DNA of 64,000 nucleotides from Pseudomonadota bacterium (GTDB lineage Bacteria; Pseudomonadota; Gammaproteobacteria; UBA1113): NCBI GenBank assembly GCA_021781965.1, contig JAJXVU010000001.1, positions 15,000 to 78,999 of the forward strand, read 5' to 3'. Shown piece by piece: positions 1 to 9,318 of this stretch (position 1 is its first letter; each line of letters starts with the position of its first letter). The notes under the pieces were generated by a model. It saw only the letters and a program-made list of their open reading frames with translations, ran no database searches and was not told where the DNA came from. The position numbers and the translations under genes were made by a program.

Positions 1-39
1 GGATCAAAACCCCGTGCCTTACCGCTTGGCGACACCCCA
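1..39 (-). tRNA. tRNA-Gln(UUG), 5' half (truncated by window edge)
   Basis: Reverse complement TGGGGTGTCGCCAAGCGGTAAGGCACGGGGTTTTGATCC matches the tRNA-Gln acceptor stem, D-arm and TTG anticodon loop. Confidence 0.93.
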
Positions 40-124
40 ATAACATATACTCTTCATGAGTCTAGAATTAAGGCTAAAAATGTTCTCTTTAAGAGCAATT
101 TAGGATAGCCTTCAACAGGGCTGT

Positions 125-153
125 ATTTTGCAAAATAAACGCGCGGCTGTCAA
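125..153 (-). promoter_or_regulatory. sigma70-type promoter for tRNA-Gln
   Basis: Minus strand TTGACA-17 nt-CAAAAT upstream of the tRNA. Confidence 0.6.
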
Positions 154-211
154 GTGGGGGGCTTCTCCAATATGAAATGAGTCTGAACGGGGCTCGTGAT
201 TCCAACATAAA

Positions 212-349
212 TTAAGATGCAGAATTCCGAGCCGCGACCGTAAGGGAGCGGAAAATGAACGAATAGCAGGAGTAACCCGGCTCAGCTCGGGGAATAATTG
301 GGTATTTTTAAGCCAATCATACAGAGATGTCTTAAACAGAATTCGCGTT
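212..349 (+). mobile_element. MITE-like element copy (left end eroded) carrying a REP-like hairpin
   Basis: Colinear with the element at 23552-23696; REP core 227-251; intact right TIR TCTTAAACAGAATTCGCGTT at 330-349. Confidence 0.75.
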
Positions 350-499
350 TAAAAGCATACATGAGGACTATAAGGTTAGTGCATAACTTACCCAATCCTT
401 CAGGCCCATTTTAGTATTGGAATATACTTGCCCGATAAACACACAAGCCTTTTTGTTAAGCGCTCATAAACTTCCTGTTGAATTTTAACATCCCGCTAT

Positions 500-1018
500 T
501 TATTTTTTGGGGGTAAAATGCCCCATTCTTTCAAGGTTAACATAAGCCTCAAGGGCACTGAGGAAGCTTCTATGAGGTTCTTCTAGTGTTTTAGCAATAG
601 GTAGCCCAGTCATTGGTGAACTATCACTCTTTTTAAACCACTCTTCAATTGCTTTGCGTTCATAAGTCTGCCCATCTTTTGCTATGACGGGGTCTTTCAT
701 AGTTTCTTGTGTAATAGGGCATCTAAAACTAGACTCAAGGTTCTCGCACTGACGTGCTATTTCTTTTTGTGGTGATGCGGTAGTGCTACTTTGCGGTGGT
801 GAAAGTACAGAACTTATTGATTGCGCAAGTGGGGATGCTACAGGTTCTGTTCTAAATACTGGGTGTGTGGGTGGGGCCGATGGAATAGGCGGATTATGAG
901 ATGTACGTGACAAGCCTGAGTTTGCACTAGAAAATGTCCCAAAATAATTTGAGGCAGAACTTAATCCATTTGCAGGTGGGGCCGATGGAGTAGGGGGGAT
1001 ATAGGATGTGCTTGACAT
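500..1018 (-). CDS. U-box E3 ubiquitin ligase domain with Pro/Ser-rich N-terminal region; probably the frameshifted 3' part of the Rab gene
   Basis: [35 protein letters not shown] is a canonical U-box; this frame stays open upstream to 1132; no clear SD before ATG 1018. Confidence 0.88.
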   Translation of the reverse strand: MSSTSYIPPTPSAPPANGLSSASNYFGTFSSANSGLSRTSHNPPIPSAPPTHPVFRTEPVASPLAQSISSVLSPPQSSTTASPQKEIARQCENLESSFRCPITQETMKDPVIAKDGQTYERKAIEEWFKKSDSSPMTGLPIAKTLEEPHRSFLSALEAYVNLERMGHFTPKK

Positions 1019-2196
1019 GCTTGGGTTTGCACTGCCATATCTTCCAGAATAACTTGATGCGAAACTTGAGCTCTTGTATGTGTGTGGCGCTGACGGATTG
1101 TAGGATGGCTTGAGTGTGTACTCGTATACGCCCTAGAATAATTTGATGGCGGATCTACCCTGGTAAAAGAAAGCGGTGGTTCTGCGCGCGATGAAGACGA
1201 TGGAGGAAGAAGAGATGTAGGTTTGGGTGGCTGAGTTCTAGCCTGTTCCAGTGGTTGTGCGTTTGGTTTAATTACCATATATTTTTCTATAAACGGCTTA
1301 ACATATGAAACGTGCATAAAACTAGGATTTCGCATTTTTATAATATCTAGCCGCGATAGAATAGTCTCTGGCGTCTCATCAGGATATACCCTAAAATCCT
1401 TAAAGACAGCAAGGGCTGCTTCTTTACTATCCCTCTTATAGAAACTAAATGTACCGTCCAGATCAGATTGAAGTTCATCAACTACTGCCTTCAAATCCTG
1501 TTTAAATTTTTCTAGAAACGCTTTTTTATCATCTTCTTTTTTTCTAGCCGAAACTTCGGCTTCATGCTTATTTTTTCTAGCCAAATCTTCGGCTTGATGT
1601 TTAGCTTCAGAAGCCAAAAGTGCCGCCTCTGCAACACGGTAAAATAAGGTCTCGATATTGGTATTATCCAAGGCGCTCACTTCCATGAATCCTAATCCAT
1701 TTTGTTCCGCGAATGCTTTAGCTTCCGCAAATTCAACTTCTCTAAGGTGTTTAAGGTCAGATTTATTGCCCACTAAAAATATGGGTGCATTTTCATCAGT
1801 GTTTTCTAGAATATCATGAAGGAACCTGGGTACATTTTTAAAAGTAACACTTTTGGCAATATCATACACTAAAATGCTAGCAGCCGCACCTCGATAATGA
1901 GAGCTCGTGATAGCACGATACCGTTCTTGGCCTGCGCTATCCCATATTTGTAAATTAATTGTTTTACCACGGACTTCAAGTTTCTTATTTCGAAATCCTA
2001 CGCCGATAGTACTTTTTGTTTCTAAGGAAAATTCATTGCTTACGAATCTTGACAGAATATTGGATTTGCCCACATGAGATCCATGAAGTACTACTTTAAA
2101 CAAATAATCATATTCCTGGTCCTGGTTTGCTTGGGCGGTGGTAGTGGTAGCAGGAATAGTTCCGCATTGTTGCTGAATATAAGGGTTCGTTTTCAT
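961..2196 (-). CDS. Eukaryote-like Rab11-type small GTPase domain protein with charged helical and Pro/Ser-rich extension; candidate Dot/Icm effector
   Basis: [44 protein letters not shown] and SAL motifs closely follow Rab11. Confidence 0.92.
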   Translation of the reverse strand: MKTNPYIQQQCGTIPATTTTAQANQDQEYDYLFKVVLHGSHVGKSNILSRFVSNEFSLETKSTIGVGFRNKKLEVRGKTINLQIWDSAGQERYRAITSSHYRGAAASILVYDIAKSVTFKNVPRFLHDILENTDENAPIFLVGNKSDLKHLREVEFAEAKAFAEQNGLGFMEVSALDNTNIETLFYRVAEAALLASEAKHQAEDLARKNKHEAEVSARKKEDDKKAFLEKFKQDLKAVVDELQSDLDGTFSFYKRDSKEAALAVFKDFRVYPDETPETILSRLDIIKMRNPSFMHVSYVKPFIEKYMVIKPNAQPLEQARTQPPKPTSLLPPSSSSRAEPPLSFTRVDPPSNYSRAYTSTHSSHPTIRQRHTHTRAQVSHQVILEDMAVQTQACQAHPISPLLHRPHLQMD

Positions 2197-2556
2197 AGTT
2201 TGTGCCTTTGCTTTAATAGTTGATATATTAAGGGGATATGAATTTTTTTGCTGCCGTCACATTACCTTGTTAAAACTAAAATAATTAGATGGCGATTATA
2301 TCATCAATACAAAAAGGAATATACTGGGGCACTCTACAGTAGGTGACAGTTAGTGTAACCTCTCGTATAGTGATGCTCTATGTCAGGCTATAGGAGGTAA
2401 ATTAGAGGCTTGCATATATTATATTCTTTAAATGCACTTTGACAATGGTTTTACCTCCTTTAAACTTAAGCTTGACGCCAAGGCCTTATCCCTGTATCTT
2501 CCATTTTTTCTCGATCAGAGAAATTCACCATAAACTACAAAATAGAAGGGGGTGCT

Positions 2557-3072
2557 ATGAAAAATAATAAAAAATTATGTGTGGCTTTGCTTGCAGCGGG
2601 GGTTTGTGTAGCGAGTACGGGATATGCCGCTTTGGATGGTGCTTATACAACGACCCAAGTAGGTGTAGCAGGCCCGGTATTCGATGGCGCAGGTCCTTAT
2701 TTGCATTTTGCTTTAGGTGATCAACTAAAGCGTTATTTGGCTCTGGAAGGAGGCGTGACGGCTATTCCCACCACAACCGGCGGTAGCGGCTGGCTGGATA
2801 ATGGTGTAGCACATCTTTATTCCCTGGATGGTGATGTCAAAGTCATGCTGCCTCTAGGCGATCGTTTTAATCTGTATGCAAAAGCGGGTCCTTCTTTAGC
2901 ATATTTCAAAGATGATGAGCACGATGGCGCGGGTGTGCTGGCCAATGGTGCTGTGGGTGTGGCATTCAATGTCACAGAACATTGGACTACGGATTTCTCT
3001 GTAGGTGCAATGGCAGGCGATGGTACAGGTGTCGTAACAACACAGCTCGGATTAGGTTACCATTTCGCCTAA
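2557..3072 (+). CDS. Small outer-membrane beta-barrel protein (OmpA-like transmembrane domain)
   Basis: Signal peptide, amphipathic beta strands, C-terminal LGYHF(A) motif. Confidence 0.8.
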   Translation: MKNNKKLCVALLAAGVCVASTGYAALDGAYTTTQVGVAGPVFDGAGPYLHFALGDQLKRYLALEGGVTAIPTTTGGSGWLDNGVAHLYSLDGDVKVMLPLGDRFNLYAKAGPSLAYFKDDEHDGAGVLANGAVGVAFNVTEHWTTDFSVGAMAGDGTGVVTTQLGLGYHFA

Positions 3073-3082
3073 TCAACGAACT

Positions 3083-3121
3083 TCCTCCAGTATGTCAAAT
3101 ACTATTCGACATACTGGAGGA
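3083..3121. terminator. Hairpin between convergent genes
   Basis: TCCTCCAGTATGTC...GACATACTGGAGGA 14-bp inverted repeat. Confidence 0.65.
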
Positions 3122-3130
3122 GCCATTTAA

Positions 3131-3739
3131 TTAATCCATCTGCCAGCGCGTGATGACGATTTTAACTTTTACGTCTGCATTTTGAATCAGCAATTTACTA
3201 GGCAGATCGACTTTACCGACCCCAGAATAATGCTGGAATACGACATCGAAACCATCTTGTTGCAATTCGGTTATATGGCTGTGACTGTCATCAAATTGTA
3301 AGTTGGCCGTACTACCCGGTGCAGGTAAACCGCGTGCCCAATAGTAGAGGTCGTTTACGGGCAATTGCCAGCCCGTGACTTTAGTCAATAATGCTTCGGC
3401 ATTCTTGTCGCTATACACTTTATTTTGAGGTGCAAAATAAACGCTTTCTGTAGGCGTTGTTTTTAAGGTGCCATAGCCGGTACCTACGGGACCCATAAAG
3501 CGTAAGCTATAATCATTTTCACCCTGCAATTGCCAATCAAATTGCATCGTTTGGTTGCTCTTAGCGGTTTGTATGGCTAAGGCGCCTTCATTATGCCAGC
3601 GGGTTAATTGATTCAGCGTGCGTTGACGTTCTGTCCACGATTGTTGGTTTTGTACAGTCGGAGTGGCTAAGGGCACTTGGGTGGCGCAGGCACTGAGTAG
3701 CGTTAACAGTAGCAAGCTCAATACTATATTCTTACGCAT
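3131..3739 (-). CDS. lolB: Outer-membrane lipoprotein insertase LolB
   Basis: Lipobox LSAC; GWQLPVNDLYYWARGLP and LPSKL motifs. Confidence 0.9.
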   Translation of the reverse strand: MRKNIVLSLLLLTLLSACATQVPLATPTVQNQQSWTERQRTLNQLTRWHNEGALAIQTAKSNQTMQFDWQLQGENDYSLRFMGPVGTGYGTLKTTPTESVYFAPQNKVYSDKNAEALLTKVTGWQLPVNDLYYWARGLPAPGSTANLQFDDSHSHITELQQDGFDVVFQHYSGVGKVDLPSKLLIQNADVKVKIVITRWQMD

Positions 3740-3753
3740 GGTAAAACTCCTTT

Positions 3754-4245
3754 TTAATTTAAAATACCGATATAAACATCTAAGACAGTGTTTTGTGGGT
3801 CGTGACTACGTTCATCGTACGCTTCGAAATCGGCAATATAAGCGCGTGTGCCGCCTAAGTCTGCATCGGTCATGGTCCATATTTTTTGCCACAGTTCTAT
3901 GCATACCGCAGGCATAGGGCCGGGATCAGTGGTGAATTTTATATAACGCTGTGCGGGAATAAGTTTAGTTTCAAGGTTAGGATCGACTTCATCTAAATGA
4001 CTAACTGCTTCGCCCACAAAATAAGTGTAGTCACTATTACAATCGCTTTCATAATCGGTGTAGACGCAATAAGTCGTGCCAGGCTTTTTACGGACTTTTA
4101 TTTTTGCTGCTAAGTTGTTCTGAAAATAACGTTGCAGGGTAGGACCAATTTTTCCTGTAGCAGGATTCATTTCTGCCGCATTATTGGTTCTGGCCGTAAT
4201 GCCTACGAGTTGAATGGCGGCTAAGGATTCGATTGTTTTTTGCAT
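3754..4245 (-). CDS. GyrI-like / AraC effector-binding domain protein
   Basis: LVGITARTNN, YCVYTDYESD, YIADFEAYDER motifs. Confidence 0.85.
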   Translation of the reverse strand: MQKTIESLAAIQLVGITARTNNAAEMNPATGKIGPTLQRYFQNNLAAKIKVRKKPGTTYCVYTDYESDCNSDYTYFVGEAVSHLDEVDPNLETKLIPAQRYIKFTTDPGPMPAVCIELWQKIWTMTDADLGGTRAYIADFEAYDERSHDPQNTVLDVYIGILN

Positions 4246-4256
4246 TGCTGCGCCTA

Positions 4257-5348
4257 TTAAACATTAAACAAAAAATGCATCACATCGCCATCACGTACTA
4301 TATAGTCTTTACCTTCTACGCGTAACTTACCCGCTAATTTGGCGCCTTGCTCGCCCTTATAGGTGATAAAGTCATCGTAAGCAATGACTTCGGCGCGTAT
4401 GAAACCGCGTTCAAAGTCGCTGTGTATGCGTCCAGCAGCCTTAGGAGCGCTATCGCCTACACAAATGGTCCAAGCACGTACTTCTTTAACGCCCGCCGTA
4501 AAATAAGTTTGTAGCCCTAATAATTTATAACCACTGGTGATAAGCCTATTTAAACCGGTCTCCGTCAAACCCATAGCGCTTAAAAATTCAGCCTTATCTT
4601 CTACGCTTAATTCTAATAGCTCGGCTTCAATGGCTGCACACACTGGCACCACCAAAGCACCTTCTTTTTGTGCGTGCGCTTGCACCGCATCTAATAAAGG
4701 ATTATTTTCGAAGCCATCTTCGGCCACATTGGCAATATACAGTGTAGGCTTAGAGGTTAATAGTTGATAAGTCGGCAGCCATTTCTTTTCATCTTCATTT
4801 AAAGACAGCGAGCGCAGACTCAATCCATCGTTTAAACGCACTTTTATTTTTTCTAGAAAAGCCGCTTCTGCCACTGCTTCGGCATTGCCACTGCGCGTAT
4901 TTTTAGCGACGCGCAATAGGATTTTATTGACGGTGTCTAAATCGGCCAATGCCAACTCGGTGTCTATAATCGCGATGTCGTGTAAAGGGTCGACTCGGCC
5001 AGACACATGAATGATATTGTCGTCTTCAAAACAACGCACCACATGTGCAATAGCATCGGTTTCGCGTATATGTGCTAGAAACTGATTACCCAAGCCTTCG
5101 CCCGTAGCGGCACCTTTCACTAAACCGGCGATGTCTACAAATTCCATGACAGTAGGGACAATATTTTGCGGTTTAATAATGGCTGCGATCGCGTCCAAAC
5201 GTGGATCGGGTAATGGCACTATGCCTACATTGGGTTCTATAGTGCAAAAAGGATAATTGGCTGCATCGATGCCCGCGCGTGTTAAGGCGTTAAATAAAGT
5301 GGATTTACCTACATTGGGTAAACCTACAATGCCACATTTGAAACCCAT
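4257..5348 (-). CDS. ychF: Redox-regulated ATPase YchF
   Basis: [33 protein letters not shown]; start moved to ATG 5348. Confidence 0.97.
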   Translation of the reverse strand: MGFKCGIVGLPNVGKSTLFNALTRAGIDAANYPFCTIEPNVGIVPLPDPRLDAIAAIIKPQNIVPTVMEFVDIAGLVKGAATGEGLGNQFLAHIRETDAIAHVVRCFEDDNIIHVSGRVDPLHDIAIIDTELALADLDTVNKILLRVAKNTRSGNAEAVAEAAFLEKIKVRLNDGLSLRSLSLNEDEKKWLPTYQLLTSKPTLYIANVAEDGFENNPLLDAVQAHAQKEGALVVPVCAAIEAELLELSVEDKAEFLSAMGLTETGLNRLITSGYKLLGLQTYFTAGVKEVRAWTICVGDSAPKAAGRIHSDFERGFIRAEVIAYDDFITYKGEQGAKLAGKLRVEGKDYIVRDGDVMHFLFNV

Positions 5349-5353
5349 ATTAA

Positions 5354-5950
5354 TTAATCCTCTTTTGTATGTAATTGTTGTACCGCATTTTCCCACTCGC
5401 CGCTTAATACTTTGGGTAAAACCGATAATGTTTTGGCGATGGCTGCGTCTACTTTATCGCGCTCGCTGCGTGAGGCTTGTCCTAAGACGTAATTTAAAAC
5501 TTTGTCTTTATGACCGGGATGGCCTATGCCTAAACGTAGACGCGCAAAGTTTTGTGATTTTAAGGCCTGGGCAATATCGCGTAAGCCATTGTGACCCGCG
5601 TGACCGCCGCCCCATTTTAATTTGACCTCACCACACACTAAATCCAATTCATCGTGCGCGACCAAAATATTTTCTGGTTTGATTTTATAGTAGTTGGCGA
5701 CACTGCTGACTGCTAAACCGCTGTGGTTCATGAAGGTGCTGGGTTGTAACAATAAGCACTCTATTCCTTGGATTTTGCCATTGGCGACTAGGCCGTGAAA
5801 TTTAGAATCATTGCGTAAAGTATAGCCGTATTCTTCGGCTAAGGTTTCAAGAAACCAAAAGCCCGCGTTATGCCGTGTGGCAGCATATTGTGGGCCAGGA
5901 TTGCCTAGCCCTACAATCAGCTCAATCGGATGGTATTGCATGGCGGTCAT
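5354..5950 (-). CDS. pth: Peptidyl-tRNA hydrolase
   Basis: [28 protein letters not shown]; start moved to ATG 5950 (AGAGGA SD upstream). Confidence 0.97.
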   Translation of the reverse strand: MTAMQYHPIELIVGLGNPGPQYAATRHNAGFWFLETLAEEYGYTLRNDSKFHGLVANGKIQGIECLLLQPSTFMNHSGLAVSSVANYYKIKPENILVAHDELDLVCGEVKLKWGGGHAGHNGLRDIAQALKSQNFARLRLGIGHPGHKDKVLNYVLGQASRSERDKVDAAIAKTLSVLPKVLSGEWENAVQQLHTKED

Positions 5951-5966
5951 TGTTTGGGTTCCTCTT

Positions 5967-6024
5967 CGTAGGGGATAGGCCCCGTGTCTGCCCACATGGG
6001 CAACTACAGGGGATTGCCCCTACG
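5967..6024. repeat. GTAG-type REP doublet (inverted pair)
   Basis: GTAGGGGATAGGCCCCGTGTCTGCCC ... GGGCAACTACAGGGGATTGCCCCTAC. Confidence 0.75.
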
Positions 6025-6046
6025 ATAGATTATTTCTTTACTGCTT

Positions 6047-6724
6047 TTACTCGCTCTTGCCTTCTTCAGCAGCGCCTTCTTCAGTAGTCCCTTCAGGAGC
6101 AGCAGCTTCTTCTGCAACCGGTGCTTCTTCCACTTCTTCTACTACCGCTCTAGGCATATGTGCTGCTGCGATAGGTAGATTGTGGCTTTCGCCATGGGTT
6201 AAAGCGACGATGACTGCATCCGCAGGCAATTTCAAATCAGACAAATGTATGATTTGATCCACGACTAAGTTGCTTAAGTCCACTTCCAAGAAAGCTGGAA
6301 TATGCAATGCCGGGCAGATGATTTCCACTTCCTTGATTTGATGCGCGATAATCGCACCATCTTTTACTGCTGGAGAATGTTCTTCATTGATAAAATGCAG
6401 TGGGATCTTAACGTGTAGACGCTCTGTACCCGTGACGCGTTGAAAATCCATGTGCAGAATCTTTGGTTTGTAGGCGTGGCGTTGGATGTCACGCAAACGC
6501 ACGGAATGCATTTCGCCATTGATATTCAAGTTGAACAGCTGTGTATAAATCTGTTCATTTTCTAAAACCTTGATTATTTCATGGTGTTGCAATAATAAGG
6601 ATTGCGCTTCTTTTTTTGCGCCATACAGGATAGCTGGCACGCCATTATTGCGACGTAGGCGGCGGCTCGCACCCTTCCCCACATCCGCTCTAGGCGTTGC
6701 GTTGATAACGATTGAACTAGTCAT
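6047..6724 (-). CDS. rplY: 50S ribosomal protein L25/Ctc (long form)
   Basis: GKGASRRLRR, VPAILYG, HMDFQRV, acidic tail. Confidence 0.96.
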   Translation of the reverse strand: MTSSIVINATPRADVGKGASRRLRRNNGVPAILYGAKKEAQSLLLQHHEIIKVLENEQIYTQLFNLNINGEMHSVRLRDIQRHAYKPKILHMDFQRVTGTERLHVKIPLHFINEEHSPAVKDGAIIAHQIKEVEIICPALHIPAFLEVDLSNLVVDQIIHLSDLKLPADAVIVALTHGESHNLPIAAAHMPRAVVEEVEEAPVAEEAAAPEGTTEEGAAEEGKSE

Positions 6725-6755
6725 AATTTAAGCTCCATAAAGGGGTTGATTAAAC

Positions 6756-6781
6756 AAAAAACCTCGCGACCAGGGTTTTTT
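6756..6781 (-). promoter_or_regulatory. Hairpin in rplY 5' leader (possible L25 leader element)
   Basis: AAAAAACCCTGGTCGCGAGGTTTTTT stem-loop about 30 nt upstream of the rplY start. Confidence 0.45.
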
Positions 6782-6890
6782 GCCTTCAAATGAGCCATTT
6801 TGATGCAGATCTATGCTAGAATCCACAACCCTGGCCATACTTGAAAGGCGGCCATTGTATCAGAAAAAACAGCATCTAGGTAGGGGTTTT

Positions 6891-7211
6891 ATGTCGTACT
6901 ATCGTGAACATGTCTTTATGTGTACTAATTCTCGCCAAAATGGTGAGCAATGCTGCGCCGCCTCTGGATCGGAGGCTTTGCGTGCCTATGCCAAGAAGAA
7001 GTTGAGAGCCATGGGCGAGGCTGGGGCTGGCCGTTGTCGTATCAATAGCGCGGGCTGTTTGGACCGCTGCAGTGAGGGGCCGGTTATGGTCATTTATCCG
7101 GAGGGCGTGTGGTATACCTACCGCAATGAAGCCGATATAGATGAGATTTTACAAAAACATGTATTAGAAGGGCAGATAGTCGAACGCTTACAATTAAAGG
7201 TTAAAAAATAG
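6891..7211 (+). CDS. Thioredoxin-like [2Fe-2S] ferredoxin
   Basis: [31 protein letters not shown]; start at ATG 6891. Confidence 0.9.
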   Translation: MSYYREHVFMCTNSRQNGEQCCAASGSEALRAYAKKKLRAMGEAGAGRCRINSAGCLDRCSEGPVMVIYPEGVWYTYRNEADIDEILQKHVLEGQIVERLQLKVKK

Positions 7212-7212
7212 A

Positions 7213-8253
7213 ATGAAATTTGTGGATGAGGTCGTTATTGAGGTCGCGGGCGGTGATGGTGGTGTGGGCTCCATGAGCTTTAGACGTGAAAAATATATCC
7301 CTAGAGGCGGCCCCGATGGCGGCGATGGTGGCGATGGCGGCAGCGTTATCTTAGAGGCGGCTAGTGGTGTCAATACCTTAGTGGATTATCGCTATAAGCG
7401 TAAACATCTTGCGCCTAAGGGCGAGCGTGGCCATGGTGAGCAAAAGAGTGGCAAAAGCGGCGAGGATTTAATTTTATTCGTTCCCGTAGGCACCATGGCT
7501 TACGATAATGATACCGACGAGTGCATAGGCGATTTAGTTGCTATAGGTCAACGTGTCGTGGTGGCACAAGGTGGTTTTCACGGTTTAGGCAATACGCGTT
7601 TTAAAAGCAGTATCAATCGTGCGCCGCGTAAAACGACACCAGGGACTCCAGGCGAACGTCGATCGTTGCGCTTAGAATTAAAATTATTAGCTGATGTAGG
7701 CTTATTGGGCTTACCGAATGCCGGCAAATCCAGTCTGATACGCGCAATTTCTGCGGCCACACCTAAAGTGGCCGATTATCCTTTTACCACTTTGCATCCG
7801 CATTTGGGTGTAGTGCGAGTAGGGGAGCTAAAAAGTTTTGTGGTAGCGGATATTCCTGGGTTAATCGAAGGCGCTGCCGAAGGCGCTGGCTTGGGCGATA
7901 AGTTTTTACGCCATTTAGCGCGCAATCGTATTTTATTGCATGTAGTAGATGTGGCGCCTATAGACGGCAGTGACCCCTTAGCCAATATAAAACTGATACG
8001 ACGTGAAGTAGACAGCCACAATCCAGAATTGGCAGCCAAAGAATGTTGGTTGGTATTGAATAAAATAGATTTATGGCCAGAAGAAGAACGAGAAGCGCGA
8101 TTGGCCGAGTTGAAACAAGGCTTGGATGAATCTATACCGATTTATTCTATTTCCGCTGTTACTGGTGAGGGCACAACGCGCTTGTGTCAAGACATCATGT
8201 TGCGCTTAGATGAGTTATTAGCACAGGAGCTAATGGATGATAGCGAGCAATGA
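7213..8253 (+). CDS. obgE: GTPase ObgE/CgtA
   Basis: Gly-rich Obg fold, [28 protein letters not shown]. Confidence 0.97.
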   Translation: MKFVDEVVIEVAGGDGGVGSMSFRREKYIPRGGPDGGDGGDGGSVILEAASGVNTLVDYRYKRKHLAPKGERGHGEQKSGKSGEDLILFVPVGTMAYDNDTDECIGDLVAIGQRVVVAQGGFHGLGNTRFKSSINRAPRKTTPGTPGERRSLRLELKLLADVGLLGLPNAGKSSLIRAISAATPKVADYPFTTLHPHLGVVRVGELKSFVVADIPGLIEGAAEGAGLGDKFLRHLARNRILLHVVDVAPIDGSDPLANIKLIRREVDSHNPELAAKECWLVLNKIDLWPEEEREARLAELKQGLDESIPIYSISAVTGEGTTRLCQDIMLRLDELLAQELMDDSEQ

Positions 8254-9094
8254 AGAACAGTTACCTAGCGGTTTATATGTAGTCGCAACACCCATAGGTA
8301 ATCTGGATGACATCACACTAAGAGCATTGATGGTGTTGCGCAGTGTCGCTCTCATTGCTGCGGAAGATACGCGCCATACGCGTCAATTGTTGCAACATTT
8401 TTCTATCAATAAGCCATTGTTGGCATTGCACGATCACAATGAGCTGCAGCAAAAAGATAAAATCATTGAGAAAATAAAAGAAGGTCAGGCAATTGCCTTG
8501 GTCAGCGATGCAGGCACGCCTTTGATCAGTGATCCTGGATTTACCTTAGTGCGCGCGCTGCAAGAACAACATTTACCCGTTATCACTATTCCTGGCCCTT
8601 CGGCATTGATAGCAGCGTTGAGCATCGCGGGCATGCCATGTGCGCAATTTGTTTTTGAAGGCTTCTTACCGGCGAAAGCTGGAGCGCGTGAAGCGCGCTT
8701 GCAGCAATTAAAAAATGAAACCAGAACACAGGTATTTTACGCCTCGGTGCATCGCGTAGAAGATGATGTCAATGCTATTGCCACCGTGTATGGCGATACG
8801 CGCCCGATGGTGTTATTGCGTGAATTAACTAAACGTCATGAAACCGTTGTTTTTGGCACGGTTGCCGAAGTACAGCATTATTTGGCTAAGGATGAGCACG
8901 CCTTAAAGGGGGAATTTGTATTGGTGGTAGCGGGCGATAGCGCAATACATGAAGAAGTGAATGCAGAAACAGATCGCTTACTCAAGATTTTATTACCCGT
9001 GCTGCCATTGAAACAAGCTGTAGCCATTGTGAGTGAGATCTTAGGCGTGGCTAAGAATCCGGTGTATGAAAAGGCGTTGCTGATTAAGGGTTAA
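8237..9094 (+). CDS. rsmI: 16S rRNA (cytidine-1402 2'-O)-methyltransferase
   Basis: [32 protein letters not shown]. Confidence 0.95.
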   Translation: MIASNEEQLPSGLYVVATPIGNLDDITLRALMVLRSVALIAAEDTRHTRQLLQHFSINKPLLALHDHNELQQKDKIIEKIKEGQAIALVSDAGTPLISDPGFTLVRALQEQHLPVITIPGPSALIAALSIAGMPCAQFVFEGFLPAKAGAREARLQQLKNETRTQVFYASVHRVEDDVNAIATVYGDTRPMVLLRELTKRHETVVFGTVAEVQHYLAKDEHALKGEFVLVVAGDSAIHEEVNAETDRLLKILLPVLPLKQAVAIVSEILGVAKNPVYEKALLIKG

Positions 9095-9200
9095 ATCGTT
9101 GTAGCTATATCCAGGGTTCAATATCCGTCTGTATTTGTAACTACCGCGCCTTGTTGGAAGAAAAGCGCATATCGGATACATTAGAGTTTATCTTTGCCTT

Positions 9201-9265
9201 CCGCTCCCTGACGGTCGCGGCTCGGTTACAAACGGATGAACCGAGCCGCGACCGTCAGGGAGCGG
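9201..9265. repeat. Inverted doublet of the CCGAGCCGCGACCGTNAGGGAGCGG REP-like unit
   Basis: Perfect inverted 25-mers at 9201-9225 and 9241-9265. Confidence 0.9.
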
Positions 9266-9318
9266 ATAGGGAGAGTAGTTAGTGAATTACTTAACCTTTA
9301 CAGCAATGACGAGGCGTG

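Noticed and set aside
1085-1135. Programmed ribosomal frameshift joining the Rab and U-box ORFs
   Set aside because: No X_XXY_YYZ slippery heptamer or homopolymer run at the junction; a point deletion or sequencing error is simpler
1-2556. Integrative element at tRNA-Gln
   Set aside because: The genes lie on the tRNA 5' side; no integrase or att duplication is visible
5951-5995. N-terminal extension of pth in the ORF track
   Set aside because: Lies within the GTAG REP doublet; the SD supports ATG 5950
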